DNA from: Thermoplasmata archaeon
GTDB lineage: Archaea; Thermoplasmatota; Thermoplasmata; Lutacidiplasmatales; UBA184
Direction: 5' to 3'
DNA length: 64,000 nucleotides
Assembly (NCBI GenBank): GCA_021817605.1
Contig: JAKAUN010000012.1
Coordinates: forward strand, 7,507 to 71,506
Positions 46,032-55,664 of this stretch are shown here, one piece after another. The first letter of the stretch is position 1. Each line of letters starts with the position of its first letter. The notes below the pieces were generated by a model. The model did no database searches, had not been told where the DNA came from, and was given only the letters and a program-made list of their open reading frames with translations. The position numbers and the translations under genes are program-made.

Positions 46032-46164
46032 CTGGCTGGACCGCGCTCGGAACGGGCCGCGCTCCCCGCCGCGAAGTGACCCGGAAGTAACGGCTGGCTC
46101 CTCGAGCTTACGGGATCCTGCGACGACGCCGGCAGGGTTTCCGAACGACGGCCCCCGCTCCCCT

Positions 46165-49100
46165 CTACGGGAACGGTTCGTCGAGGGGGTTGGTCCGCGG
46201 TGCGGGAGGACGGCGTCCCCTCCGACGGTAGAAGAAGACCCCCACGACGACCGCAACCACCGCCCCGACGACGGTCAGGAAGAGCCAGGCCGCGACGCCG
46301 AGGATCATGAGGGGGTGCACCGGGGTGCCGAATACGATGTGGATCGGGGGGAGCGTCGCTCCTGCCCAGCTCACGTTGCCGTAGCGCGGGTTCGCCGCGA
46401 CGCCGACGGGGGCGAGCACCTTGAACGGGAGCCGCCCGGCGGAAAGGGTCCAGCCGGGAATGTAGACCACGGAGGAGGTGGTGGTGTACGCAGGGTAGTT
46501 GCCCAGCGCGAACGTCCACGCCTGGCCGCCGGCCAGGCCGCTCTCGGTGAACTCGAGGTAGAACGAGTAGAAGCCCGTGGTCAGCGGCTTTATGTCCACG
46601 GAGTTGTTGATAGGATATCTTCCGATCCCCGGCCAGTCGGCCCAGTAGTTCTCGTAGAAGTGGTTCGTCACCCGGTTGGTCCACGCCTGGGCGTGGGAGA
46701 CGCTGTAGCCTCCCGTGACGCTCGAGTTGTTGTTGGCGACGAAGTTGGTGTTGGTCACGTTGTTGGAGCTTCCGTTGGAGATGTTGATCCCGAAACCCTG
46801 CGAGGCCTCGAGGGTGCTCGCCTCCACCTTCACGTACTCGCAGTTCACCAGCAGGATGCCGAGCCGGCTCCCGAAGGAGAAGACCTGGCTGATCAACGAG
46901 TGCGCCTCCCCGAGGGTGGCGTTCTCGAAGTCGCTCACCACGGTCCCGCAGTACCAGCCGATCACGCTCGTGAGCGTGAGACCCTGCGTGTAGTTGGCCC
47001 AGACGGCGAACGGATAGTACGTCGCCTGGACGTCCGTCACGGTGATGCCGTTGTCGTGGAGCAGCCCGACCGCCGCGATCGGGTAGCTCGACAAGGAGCC
47101 CGGGATCGAGAAGTACGCCTCGCGGTCGAGGCTGTTGTTCGAAGCCTTCACCCCGGAGATGGTGAGACCGCTGGCGTTCTCGGCCCAGACGCCGAGCGAG
47201 TCGACGAACGCCGAGACCGTGGAGATCGTGCCGGTCGAGCTCAGGTTCCAGAGGACGCCGAGCGAGTTCGTCTCGGCGAGGACGTTCGTCACGGTGGCCC
47301 CGGTCGAACCGGCGACCGCGACCCCGAGGCTCTGGCTCTGCGCCACCACGTCGGTGACCGTGAGGTTCGAGGCCAGGGTGAGGTTGAGGCCGGTCGCGCT
47401 GTTGCTGGCGTTGATCCCGGTGAAAGTGCCCTGCTTGGAGCCGTTGAACGACTGGACCACCGACGAGCCCGGCCCCTGCGCGGAACAGTTGACCATGGTC
47501 ACCACGAGGTCGTTCGTGAGGACAAGGCCGGTCCCCCGCACGCCGAGGTGCTTGAAGGAGAGCTCGTTGCTGCCGGTCCAGTTGCCGGCAGCGCTCGGCA
47601 CGCCTCCCGTCACGTTCATCCACACGACGTTCGCTGACCCCGTGGCGGTCGCGCTGACCCCCGTCGCCCCCGAGGCGACAGACAGGCTGGAGAGGTTGAG
47701 ATAGGTCGAGCCTGCGCTCGTGAGCCCCTCCGCCAGGTTGGACGCGGCGAGGCCGACGATCGAGGTCCTGCGGACGCCGGTGAGCGTGATCCCGACGGAC
47801 GGGTGGAAGAGAGGGTCCTGGCCGTCCGCCGAGACCGTTGTGATCGTCAGGTTGGTCGAATTGCTCGCGACCACGGCCTTCCCGCCGGAGACGGCCGAGA
47901 TGTTAGAGAGGCGGAGCGAGGAGACGCCGAAGGCCGTTACGGCATGTGCGTCAAGCGACGAGCTCAGCTGGTAGGCAGAAGATCCGTGGGTGAAGTAGAA
48001 CTCCACCGTCGGGGCCGGGAGCGTCGGGACCGCCTGCGGCACCGCCGACGGCGCCGCTTCGAGCGAGGTGTTGCCGACAGTGAACCGGCCGCTTCCCCCG
48101 AAGAAGAAGTAGCCCTGGGTCCAGCCGGGAAGGTAGCGGGAGGTGCCGAGGTCGCTGGTGTAATTGAACGTGAAGCGGCTCTGCTCGAAACCGTTCACCA
48201 CGACGTTGGTCGACAGCCCCTGCGCAACCAGGAGCTGGAACGCAGGATAGCTCTCGTCGTTCAACGAGCGGAAGGGGGCAGCGAGCTGGACCGCCGAGGC
48301 GTTGAGCCAGAGCGTGGCGGGCGAGGAACCGGCGTAGCCCATGCCTGTCACGCGAGCGGCTCCCAGAGCCGCTGCCTGCGTGTCGCCGTTCAGGTAGACC
48401 GGGGCGTCGAGGATCGAGGGCGATGCGGTCAGGCTCACCGTCTGGGTCGTGTTGCCCGAGACCGGCACGTTGGCGCTCGGCTGATAGCCGTCCGCCCAGG
48501 CGTCGAAGACGTACGGCGCCCCGGTTGGAGGAGGCGGGAGCTCGGTGGTCATCGTCCCCGTGGCGCCGGAGGGGGCGTAGGCGTAGGCCGTCGCAGAGGA
48601 GAGGTTGGCGAAGAGGAAGGCGTAGTCCGGGCTCGAGCTCAGGTTCACGCCGATCCAGCCGGACTTGGCCGCCGGTGCGACCCCGGTGGCGGAGGAGGTG
48701 TTCCAGAGCCCGTAGAGCATCGAGGGTCCCTGCACGAGGTGGACGGTGGGGACTGGCTTGCCGCTCTTGTTGACGTAGTGACTCGCGATGCCGGAGGCGG
48801 TCTCGGAAGAATCGACCCCGAAGTCGTAGGCGGAACGGACCGGCAGGAACTTCGACGTGGCGTGAGCCCACTCGCGGAGCTTGGCGGTCGCGCTCAGGTC
48901 GAGGAGGTTGGTATGGGCGCCGCCGCCGTTGCCCCCCACCACGAGCTCGGAGTCGTAGAGGAGGCCGGCGGGAGTGTAGCCCGATCCGCTGACCTCGAAC
49001 TGCGGGGGAGAAGCGCTGGAGGCGGTCCCGTTGAAGGTGACGATGTCGTAGGTCCCCGGCAGCCGAGCCCCGAGGTTGTTGATGATTGTGTAGTTGAAGT

Positions 49101-49902
49101 AGAGCACATCGTGGGTGGCTCCCTTCGTGAGGTTGACGTAAAGGTCGAGCGTGAAGGGGAACGTCACCGCCAGCGAGGGGCCGAAACCGGCGTAGAAGCG
49201 GGCGAGGTAGATCTTCCCCGCGGTCCCGTGGAGCGTGCTCAGGGGCAGCCCTGCGCTCACCGCGGAGAAGTTCCAGATGTTGTCCTCGAACTTGAGGCGG
49301 CTGCCGTTGAGGTGGACCGCGTTCTCGACCCAGAAGACCCCCGTCGGCGAGGTCGCGTGGGGATAGGAGATGTTCACGGCGACCGCGGCGAGCTTGACGA
49401 CCGCCCAGTCGGGGGCCTGGTACGAAGGGGAGGCCTCATACCCCGGCTCGAAGGCGCGGAACGTTTGGAAGGCGAGGGTGCCCTCGAACCCCTTCGTCCG
49501 GTAAGTGTAGGCCCCGGCGGCGTTAACCCCGAGATCGGAGATTCCCATCGGCGCCGGGACGGTCGAGAAGGTTGGGACGACCAGGCCCTTGCTGCTGAGC
49601 GTCGGGTTGACGTTCGGGTTCGGGGGAAGGACCTTCCAGAGGGGAAGGCCGGCGGCCCCGGAGGGCAAGGTGGCCTGGGTGACGAGGGGCTGGCCGGAGA
49701 GGGCCGAAGTCGGAAGATGGGCGAGGGGACTGTTCGCCCCAGTGGGAGCGCTAGCGGGGACCCCGGAAGGGTGCGTGGCGTACCCTGGGCTCGACGGGAG
49801 GTGCCCCGAGGGAAGAAGGAAGCCTGCCAAGCCCCCGACGAGCATGAGCATCGCGAGCGCCAGCGCTAGCACGGTCCCACCCGGGCGCCGCCGACCGTTC
49901 AT
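46165..49902 (-). CDS. Giant (1245 aa) secreted surface glycoprotein with parallel beta-helix (pectate-lyase-like) repeats and C-terminal TM anchor; S-layer/adhesin candidate
   Basis: Signal VLALALAMLMLVGGLAGFLL; dozens of N-x-S/T sequons; PbH1-like repeats (NLTVTDVVAQSQSLGVAV / GATVTNVLAETNSLGVLW / ISTVSAFVDSLGVWAE); C-terminal GVAAWLFLTVVGAVVAVVVGVFFYRRRGRR. Confidence 0.9.
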   Translation of the reverse strand: MNGRRRPGGTVLALALAMLMLVGGLAGFLLPSGHLPSSPGYATHPSGVPASAPTGANSPLAHLPTSALSGQPLVTQATLPSGAAGLPLWKVLPPNPNVNPTLSSKGLVVPTFSTVPAPMGISDLGVNAAGAYTYRTKGFEGTLAFQTFRAFEPGYEASPSYQAPDWAVVKLAAVAVNISYPHATSPTGVFWVENAVHLNGSRLKFEDNIWNFSAVSAGLPLSTLHGTAGKIYLARFYAGFGPSLAVTFPFTLDLYVNLTKGATHDVLYFNYTIINNLGARLPGTYDIVTFNGTASSASPPQFEVSGSGYTPAGLLYDSELVVGGNGGGAHTNLLDLSATAKLREWAHATSKFLPVRSAYDFGVDSSETASGIASHYVNKSGKPVPTVHLVQGPSMLYGLWNTSSATGVAPAAKSGWIGVNLSSSPDYAFLFANLSSATAYAYAPSGATGTMTTELPPPPTGAPYVFDAWADGYQPSANVPVSGNTTQTVSLTASPSILDAPVYLNGDTQAAALGAARVTGMGYAGSSPATLWLNASAVQLAAPFRSLNDESYPAFQLLVAQGLSTNVVVNGFEQSRFTFNYTSDLGTSRYLPGWTQGYFFFGGSGRFTVGNTSLEAAPSAVPQAVPTLPAPTVEFYFTHGSSAYQLSSSLDAHAVTAFGVSSLRLSNISAVSGGKAVVASNSTNLTITTVSADGQDPLFHPSVGITLTGVRRTSIVGLAASNLAEGLTSAGSTYLNLSSLSVASGATGVSATATGSANVVWMNVTGGVPSAAGNWTGSNELSFKHLGVRGTGLVLTNDLVVTMVNCSAQGPGSSVVQSFNGSKQGTFTGINASNSATGLNLTLASNLTVTDVVAQSQSLGVAVAGSTGATVTNVLAETNSLGVLWNLSSTGTISTVSAFVDSLGVWAENASGLTISGVKASNNSLDREAYFSIPGSLSSYPIAAVGLLHDNGITVTDVQATYYPFAVWANYTQGLTLTSVIGWYCGTVVSDFENATLGEAHSLISQVFSFGSRLGILLVNCEYVKVEASTLEASQGFGINISNGSSNNVTNTNFVANNNSSVTGGYSVSHAQAWTNRVTNHFYENYWADWPGIGRYPINNSVDIKPLTTGFYSFYLEFTESGLAGGQAWTFALGNYPAYTTTSSVVYIPGWTLSAGRLPFKVLAPVGVAANPRYGNVSWAGATLPPIHIVFGTPVHPLMILGVAAWLFLTVVGAVVAVVVGVFFYRRRGRRPPAPRTNPLDEPFP

Positions 49903-50402
49903 GGAAGGGACGGCGAAGCCGGGGAGGGGTATTTACCCCTAGCTCGAGCGGCCGTGCCCCCCGCCGCGCCCTGGGAGGCGGGGGGGACCAAGCCGGTCCG
50001 CCGGTCCCGCAGGAACTCGGTGGTCTTCCTGCGATGGCAGTCCCGACAGACCGCGCGCAGGTTGGAGTATTCCAACGCAGGGCCACCGGCCGCGATCTCC
50101 AGGATGTGGTCGACGTCGAGCTCGCGTGCCCTCTGACGCCGGCCGCAGACCTGGCAGGTGTAGCGGTCCCGAAGCATGACGTAGGAGCGCGCGGAGTCCC
50201 AGAAGTAGTGCCCGTGGAACTTCCAGCGGCACCGGCGGGAGCAGTACGGCGTCCTTCCCGAAGGCAACCCACGCCCGCACTCGACACACCTCTTTTCCCG
50301 CCGCGCCTCCGCACGTCGCCGGGCGCCGTCGGAGAACCACGCGACCGAGAGCGCCAGGATCCTGCCGCTCGGCTCGACCCGGACGGAGGCGGCAGCCGGC
50401 AT
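49899..50402 (-). CDS. HNH endonuclease domain protein
   Basis: CQVCGRRQRARELDVDHILEIAAGGPALEYSNLRAVCRDCHRRKT (HNH) preceded by zinc-ribbon CVECG...CSRRC; stop overlaps the giant surface-protein ATG (ATGA). Confidence 0.7.
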   Translation of the reverse strand: MPAAASVRVEPSGRILALSVAWFSDGARRRAEARREKRCVECGRGLPSGRTPYCSRRCRWKFHGHYFWDSARSYVMLRDRYTCQVCGRRQRARELDVDHILEIAAGGPALEYSNLRAVCRDCHRRKTTEFLRDRRTGLVPPASQGAAGGTAARARGKYPSPASPSLP

Positions 50403-50565
50403 CGTCCCCCGGGGGCGGGAGAGGGGGGATGAGCGTTCGCTTCGAGGCGAAGGAAGCCGGACGAGGAGCCGAGGGACCTATACCCCGGCTCGGCAGGGCC
50501 GGGGACGGGGGCCGAGAACGAACGTCCTGTCCGCGGGGCTCCTGGGGGCGGTCTTCGCCGCCGTC

Positions 50566-51825
50566 GTGGCCCGGCAGCTCTCCGGGAGGGGACCGCCGGT
50601 CTGGACGGTCTTCGTCGCCGGGGCGCTCGTCACCGTCCTTGTCGGGGTCCTTTCTCTCGCAGGGGCGGAGACGACGCTCGCCGCAGCGCTCCCGGTTCTT
50701 GGGTTCCTGTTCGCCCTCCTGCTCTTCGCGACCGCCCTCGATCGGGCAGGGGCGATCGACCACCTCGCCCGCTGGCTGCTCGGACGTGCCCGTCGCTCCT
50801 CGGACCTTCCTGCCGTCCTCTTCGTAGGGTTCGGCATCGCCTCGGCCTTCCTCGTCAACGACGCTCTGGCGGTCCTCGGGGTGCCGGTGCTCCTCTCCGT
50901 CTCACGACGCCTCGGAAAACCGGCTCGGCCCCTCCTCCTGGTGCTCGCCTTCTCGGTGACCGTCGGGAGCGTCCTCACCCCGTTCGGCAACCCGCAGAAC
51001 CTCCTGGTCGCCCTCAACAGCGGCATCGCCCTCCCGGTAGTGACGTTCCTTCGGTTCCTCCTCCTGCCCACCGTCGCGAGCCTCGTCCTCGGGGCGTTCT
51101 ACCTGAGGAAGGTCTTTGGGCCCGAGCTTGCCAGCCCGGCACCCGAGTACGCCGCGCTCCGCTCCGAGGCGCCCCGCCTCTTCCCGTCCGGGGGCTGGAG
51201 GCAGCGGCTCCTCCGCGCCCCGGTCCTCTGGGTCTTCCCCGGCACGCTCCTCACGATCATCACCTGGGAGGTGATGGCGGCGTTCACCCACGGCCCGGAC
51301 GTGCCGGCCTGGCAGACGGCTCTGGGAGGAGCGGTCGTCCTCCTCCTTGCGACCCCGACGCGGACGGGGATCGTGCGGCGGCTCAACTGGGAGATCCTCC
51401 TGCTCTTCGCCGGGCTCTTCGTGGTCGTGGGGGGCGCGGCCCATGGGGGCGTCTTCGCCGCCCTGGAGTCCCACTTCCCCGTGCCCGGCCCCGGCGAGCC
51501 CCGCGGCGGCATCCTCGCCATCACGGGCTGGTCGCTCCTCGGCTCGCAGCTCGTGAGCAACGTTCCGTGGGTCGCGCTCCAGCTCCCTCTCCTCAAGGCG
51601 GCCGGGTATTCTGCGGCGACCCCGGTCGCGTGGATGGCGCTCGCGGCCGGCAGCACCCTTGCCGGGAACATCACTCTCCTCGGCGCGGCGAGCAACCTCA
51701 TCGTGGCGGAGCTCTCCGAGAAGGCGGGAGTGCCCCTCCGGCTCGGGACCTTTGTCCGGTACGGCCTGCCGCTGGCGGCGCTTACGGTGGGCCTCCTCCT
51801 TGTCGCCCTCCTCCTGGGAGTCTGA
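50566..51825 (+). CDS. ArsB/NhaD-superfamily anion permease
   Basis: 10-12 TM, internal repeat architecture; 5' boundary uncertain (see finding 50400..50570). Confidence 0.8.
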   Translation: MARQLSGRGPPVWTVFVAGALVTVLVGVLSLAGAETTLAAALPVLGFLFALLLFATALDRAGAIDHLARWLLGRARRSSDLPAVLFVGFGIASAFLVNDALAVLGVPVLLSVSRRLGKPARPLLLVLAFSVTVGSVLTPFGNPQNLLVALNSGIALPVVTFLRFLLLPTVASLVLGAFYLRKVFGPELASPAPEYAALRSEAPRLFPSGGWRQRLLRAPVLWVFPGTLLTIITWEVMAAFTHGPDVPAWQTALGGAVVLLLATPTRTGIVRRLNWEILLLFAGLFVVVGGAAHGGVFAALESHFPVPGPGEPRGGILAITGWSLLGSQLVSNVPWVALQLPLLKAAGYSAATPVAWMALAAGSTLAGNITLLGAASNLIVAELSEKAGVPLRLGTFVRYGLPLAALTVGLLLVALLLGV

Positions 51826-51871
51826 GGCAAGAGCCAAAGGCGCCGCTCGCCGTCGGTCGGGCGGAGGAGCC

Positions 51872-52891
51872 GTGCGTTTCCCGCTGGCCGACTTTCTGGA
51901 CGCCCACCGGGACTGCCGTCACAATCTCGGGGAGAGCGGCATGCACGGCACGCTTCCCCCGCCTCCCGCCCCCGCCCGCACGCGCGGGCGTGAGGTCCTC
52001 GACGACCTCCGCGAGGAGCTCGCCCGCTCGATCGGCATCCCGCCCGATCGGCTCACGCTCACGCACGGGGCCACGGAGGCGAACGCCTGGGTCACCTTCT
52101 ACCTCCGCCGCGGGACGGGGGTCCGTCGGCCGTCCTGCCGCGTGCGTCTCCCCGAGTATCCTCCCCTGTTCGAGGTCGCTCAGGCCGCGGGCTTCCGCCT
52201 CGTAGAGGACCAGCAGAGGGCGCAGCTGGCGGTGGTGTCACGTCCGAGAAACCCCGAAGGCGACCTCTGGGACCGCTCCCGGCTGCTCGCCTGGGCGGAG
52301 GGGGCGCCTCAGCTGCTCGTGGACGAGACGTTCCGCGAGTTCGCCGACGCGAGGTCGCTCGCCCGTGGCGGCGACCGGGGAATCTGGGTGAGCGGAAGCT
52401 TCACGAAGTTCTACGGCGCGGACGATCTCCGGGTGGGCTACGTCATCGCGCCTCCGGAAGAGGCGGAACGGTTCGGCCGGTTCGCCGGCCTCGTCCTGGA
52501 CGAGCTCTCTCCCGCCTCGGCCGCCGGGGCACTTACCCTTCTTCGGCGCCGCACGGCCGTTCGCCGCGAGGTGCGGCGGGTCCTCGACCGCAATCTCGCC
52601 GTGCTGGCCGCGGCGGACCCGACCTCTCCCCGCCCTGTCGGCCCGGTCTACTTCGACCGAAGCGTCACGGACGCCGACCGGCTTGTCGACCGCTGCCTGG
52701 AGGCCTCCGTGCTCGTCACGCCGGGAAGGTTCTTCGGCGAGCCGGGCGGAGTACGGATCGGCCTTACCCGCCGGAGCTTCCCGAAAGACCTGGACGCCTA
52801 CTTGCGGATACGCCGGCAGTTCGCACCGGGACGGCTCAGGGCGCCGGCGAACGGGAGGGGCGCTCGACGGCGCCGTGGGGGAGCCGGTTGA
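51872..52891 (+). CDS. PLP-dependent aminotransferase, class I/II fold (CobD/HisC-like short form)
   Basis: GTG at 51872 after GGAGGAG; PLP-lysine motif SGSFTKFYG; ~340 aa. Confidence 0.75.
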   Translation: MRFPLADFLDAHRDCRHNLGESGMHGTLPPPPAPARTRGREVLDDLREELARSIGIPPDRLTLTHGATEANAWVTFYLRRGTGVRRPSCRVRLPEYPPLFEVAQAAGFRLVEDQQRAQLAVVSRPRNPEGDLWDRSRLLAWAEGAPQLLVDETFREFADARSLARGGDRGIWVSGSFTKFYGADDLRVGYVIAPPEEAERFGRFAGLVLDELSPASAAGALTLLRRRTAVRREVRRVLDRNLAVLAAADPTSPRPVGPVYFDRSVTDADRLVDRCLEASVLVTPGRFFGEPGGVRIGLTRRSFPKDLDAYLRIRRQFAPGRLRAPANGRGARRRRGGAG

Positions 52892-53222
52892 GGAAGAGGC
52901 GGGCGAACGTGGGTGACGGGGGAGCGGGCAGCTCGCGTCGCCCTTCGTACTCCTTGAGGAACGTCGAGGCGAACTTCTCGGCGCGTCGCCCGTCGGTCTC
53001 CCGGGCGAGGAGGAACCCTCGGGCGAGCTCGGTGAGGACCGATCGCGGCGGCACGACCTCCTCGACGGGGAGGAGCCCGTCCCCCGCGTCCTCCTCAGGT
53101 GCCATCCCGTAGGTACGGCTCGCTGTTTCCCTCAAAAAGGGTCGGCTCCAGAGGCGAAGCCCTCCGGGGGCTCGGACGGCGAACCTAATACGAGCCGTCT
53201 CGCCTCCCCGGGGGGGAACTCC

Positions 53223-54608
53223 ATGAGCCAGAGCACACCACCTCGGGCCGCGCCGTCCGTGCCGTCGAACGAGGAGCGGCGGGGTGTCGTGATCCGGACA
53301 CCCATCCCCGGACCGGCCGCCGGCCCGATCATCGAGCGAGACCATCGCTATCTCATGACCAGCACGAAGTCGGCCCCGATCGTCGCGGCGAGCGGCGACG
53401 GCGTCTGGGTGACGGACGTCGACGGCAACCGCCTCCTCGATTTCGCGAGCGGGGTCGGGGTGCTCGCGGTCGGCCACTCCCATCCTGAGGTCGTCCGCGC
53501 CGTGCGCGAGCAGATCGGAAAGCTCTCGCACTTTGCGGGGACCGACTTCTACTACGAGAACCAGACCGTCCTCGCCGAGAAGCTCTCCCGCATCACGCCG
53601 GGCTCGTTCGAGAAGAAGGTCTTCTTCACGAACAGCGGAACGGAGAGCGTCGAGGCGGCGCTCAAGCTCGTCCGCTACTACCGCCAGCGGCCTATCGTCA
53701 TCGGCCTCCTCGGGGCTTTCCATGGACGCACGATGGGGGCCCTCTCGCTCACCTCCTCAAAGCCGGTCCAGCGGGCGCGCTTCGGGCCCTACGTGGGCGG
53801 CGGCCACCACATCCCTGCGCCGAACTGCTACCGTTGCCCGTACAACCTCACCTATCCGAGCTGCGACCTCTACTGCGCGAAGATCCTCGAGGAGCTCTAC
53901 TTCCACACCTCGATCCCCCCGGAGGATGTCGCGGCGTTCCTGGCCGAGCCGATCCAGGGCGAGGGCGGCTACGTCGTTCCGCCGCCTCGCTGGTTCACGA
54001 CCCTGCGTACGATCCTCGACCGCTACGGGATCCCCTTGATCGACGACGAGGTCCAGGCCGGCATGGGCCGTACCGGTCGCTGGTTCGGCATCGAGCACCA
54101 CGGCGTCGTGCCGGAGGTCGTCACGATGGCGAAGGCCCTCGGAGGGGGCCTGCCGATGGGCGCGATCGCCTTCGACGCAAAGCTCGACTATCCGCATCCG
54201 GGGTCGCACTCGAACACCTTCGGAGGCAACCTCACGGCGGTCGCCGCCTCGCTCGCGACGATCGACGTGATCGAGAAGGAGAAGCTGCTCGACAACGCGC
54301 GCATCCAGGGAGACCACCTGCTCGCCCGCCTGCGCGAGCTTAAGGGACGGCACCCCGAGATCGGCGACGTGCGGGGGATCGGCCTCATGACCGCGACCGA
54401 GTTCGTACGGGACCCGCGCACCAAGGAGCCGGCGCCCGAGTTCCGCGACCGGGTCCTGGAGGAGGCCGTCCAACGCGGGCTCATCCTCCTCGGCTGCGGC
54501 CGTTCGTCGATCCGTTACATCCCGCCTCTGGTGGTGCGACGCGAGGAGATCGACGAGGCGATCGAGATTCTCGACGCCTCCGTCCGGGCGGCGCGCGGCC
54601 GCGCATGA
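53223..54608 (+). CDS. Class III aminotransferase (GabT/ArgD-like)
   Basis: GVGVLAVGHSHPEVV...FTNSGTESVEAALKL...DEVQAGMGRTGRWF...FGGN. Confidence 0.9.
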   Translation: MSQSTPPRAAPSVPSNEERRGVVIRTPIPGPAAGPIIERDHRYLMTSTKSAPIVAASGDGVWVTDVDGNRLLDFASGVGVLAVGHSHPEVVRAVREQIGKLSHFAGTDFYYENQTVLAEKLSRITPGSFEKKVFFTNSGTESVEAALKLVRYYRQRPIVIGLLGAFHGRTMGALSLTSSKPVQRARFGPYVGGGHHIPAPNCYRCPYNLTYPSCDLYCAKILEELYFHTSIPPEDVAAFLAEPIQGEGGYVVPPPRWFTTLRTILDRYGIPLIDDEVQAGMGRTGRWFGIEHHGVVPEVVTMAKALGGGLPMGAIAFDAKLDYPHPGSHSNTFGGNLTAVAASLATIDVIEKEKLLDNARIQGDHLLARLRELKGRHPEIGDVRGIGLMTATEFVRDPRTKEPAPEFRDRVLEEAVQRGLILLGCGRSSIRYIPPLVVRREEIDEAIEILDASVRAARGRA

Positions 54609-55642
54609 AGGTCGGCCGGCTTGCCGGCCCGGGCCAGGTCGTCGTCGCCGAGGTCCCCGAGCCGAGGCCGGGGCCCGGGGAGATCACCGTTCGGCTGGCC
54701 GCCTGCGGGGTCTGCGGGACCGACCTCGAGAAGGTCCGGGGCAACTACCGGACCGCCGGGATCCTCGGCCACGAGCCGGTCGGTGTCGTGGCCGAGGTCG
54801 GCCCCGGGGCCGAGCGGGTGGCCCCCGGCGAGCGCGTCTTCGTCCACCATCACGTCCCCTGTTACGCGTGCGAGGTCTGCCGTCGCGGCGATTTCACGTT
54901 CTGCCCGAGCTATTCACGGACGAACCTCGACCCGGGCGGCTTCGCGGAGCTCTTCCGCGTCCCCCGGGAGAACGTGGAGCGCGGGGCCGTCCTCCGCCTC
55001 GACCCGTCGGTCGGGTGGGAGGTCGGGGCCCTCCTCGAGCCGGCGGCGTGCGCCCTCACCGCGCTCAAAAGGGTCGGGCTCGGCCCAGGGACGAGCGTTT
55101 TCTTCCTCGGCCTAGGGCCGGTGGGACTGCTCTACGCCCGTCTCGCCCGCGCGCTCGGCGCACGGTGGGTCGGCGGGACCGAGATCTCGGAGCTCCGCCG
55201 CCGCGTGGCCGTCGCGGGAGGCCTCGACGCGTGCGTCGACCCGAGAGAGGCCGGGGCGGCGCGTGCGGCGGTCGATGCGGCGAACGCCGGACAGGGCGTG
55301 GACCTCGCCGTCGTGGCGACCGGGCAGCCGGCGGTCGTCGCCAGCGCCTTTGGCCTGGTCCGACGCGGCGGGACGGTGAATCTCTTCGGCCTGCCCGAGG
55401 CCCGTAGCCGCCTTGACGTCGACCTCCAGCGCCTCTACCTCGAGGGGATCCGCCTCGTGCCCTCCTACGCGACCACGGAGCCCGACATCGCCGAGGTCCA
55501 CGCGCTCCTGGTCGCCGGCAAGCTCAGGGTCGACGACCTCGTCACGCACCGCGTCCCGCTTTCCGAGCTTCCCAGGGCCTTCGAGCTCGCCGGACGGCCG
55601 GCGGAGGCCGCGAAGGTGGTCGTGACCGGACCGGCGTGGTAG
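54605..55642 (+). CDS. Zinc-dependent alcohol dehydrogenase (MDR superfamily)
   Basis: CGVCGTDLEK...GHEPVGVV...CYACEVCRRGDFTFC structural-Zn motif; ATGA overlap with upstream aminotransferase. Confidence 0.9.
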   Translation: MKVGRLAGPGQVVVAEVPEPRPGPGEITVRLAACGVCGTDLEKVRGNYRTAGILGHEPVGVVAEVGPGAERVAPGERVFVHHHVPCYACEVCRRGDFTFCPSYSRTNLDPGGFAELFRVPRENVERGAVLRLDPSVGWEVGALLEPAACALTALKRVGLGPGTSVFFLGLGPVGLLYARLARALGARWVGGTEISELRRRVAVAGGLDACVDPREAGAARAAVDAANAGQGVDLAVVATGQPAVVASAFGLVRRGGTVNLFGLPEARSRLDVDLQRLYLEGIRLVPSYATTEPDIAEVHALLVAGKLRVDDLVTHRVPLSELPRAFELAGRPAEAAKVVVTGPAW

Positions 55643-55664
55643 CCACGTCCCGGGACGGGGCCGT

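Noticed and set aside
46315-49869. 440-aa and 688-aa plus ORFs
   Set aside because: Antisense to the 1245-aa surface glycoprotein, whose signal peptide, sequons and anchor define the real strand
49939-50763. 274-aa minus ORF
   Set aside because: Spans the HNH/ArsB divergent intergenic region; R/P/G-rich; conflicts with both real genes
52836-53723. 295-aa minus ORF
   Set aside because: Antisense to the class III aminotransferase 5' end and intergenic region; low complexity
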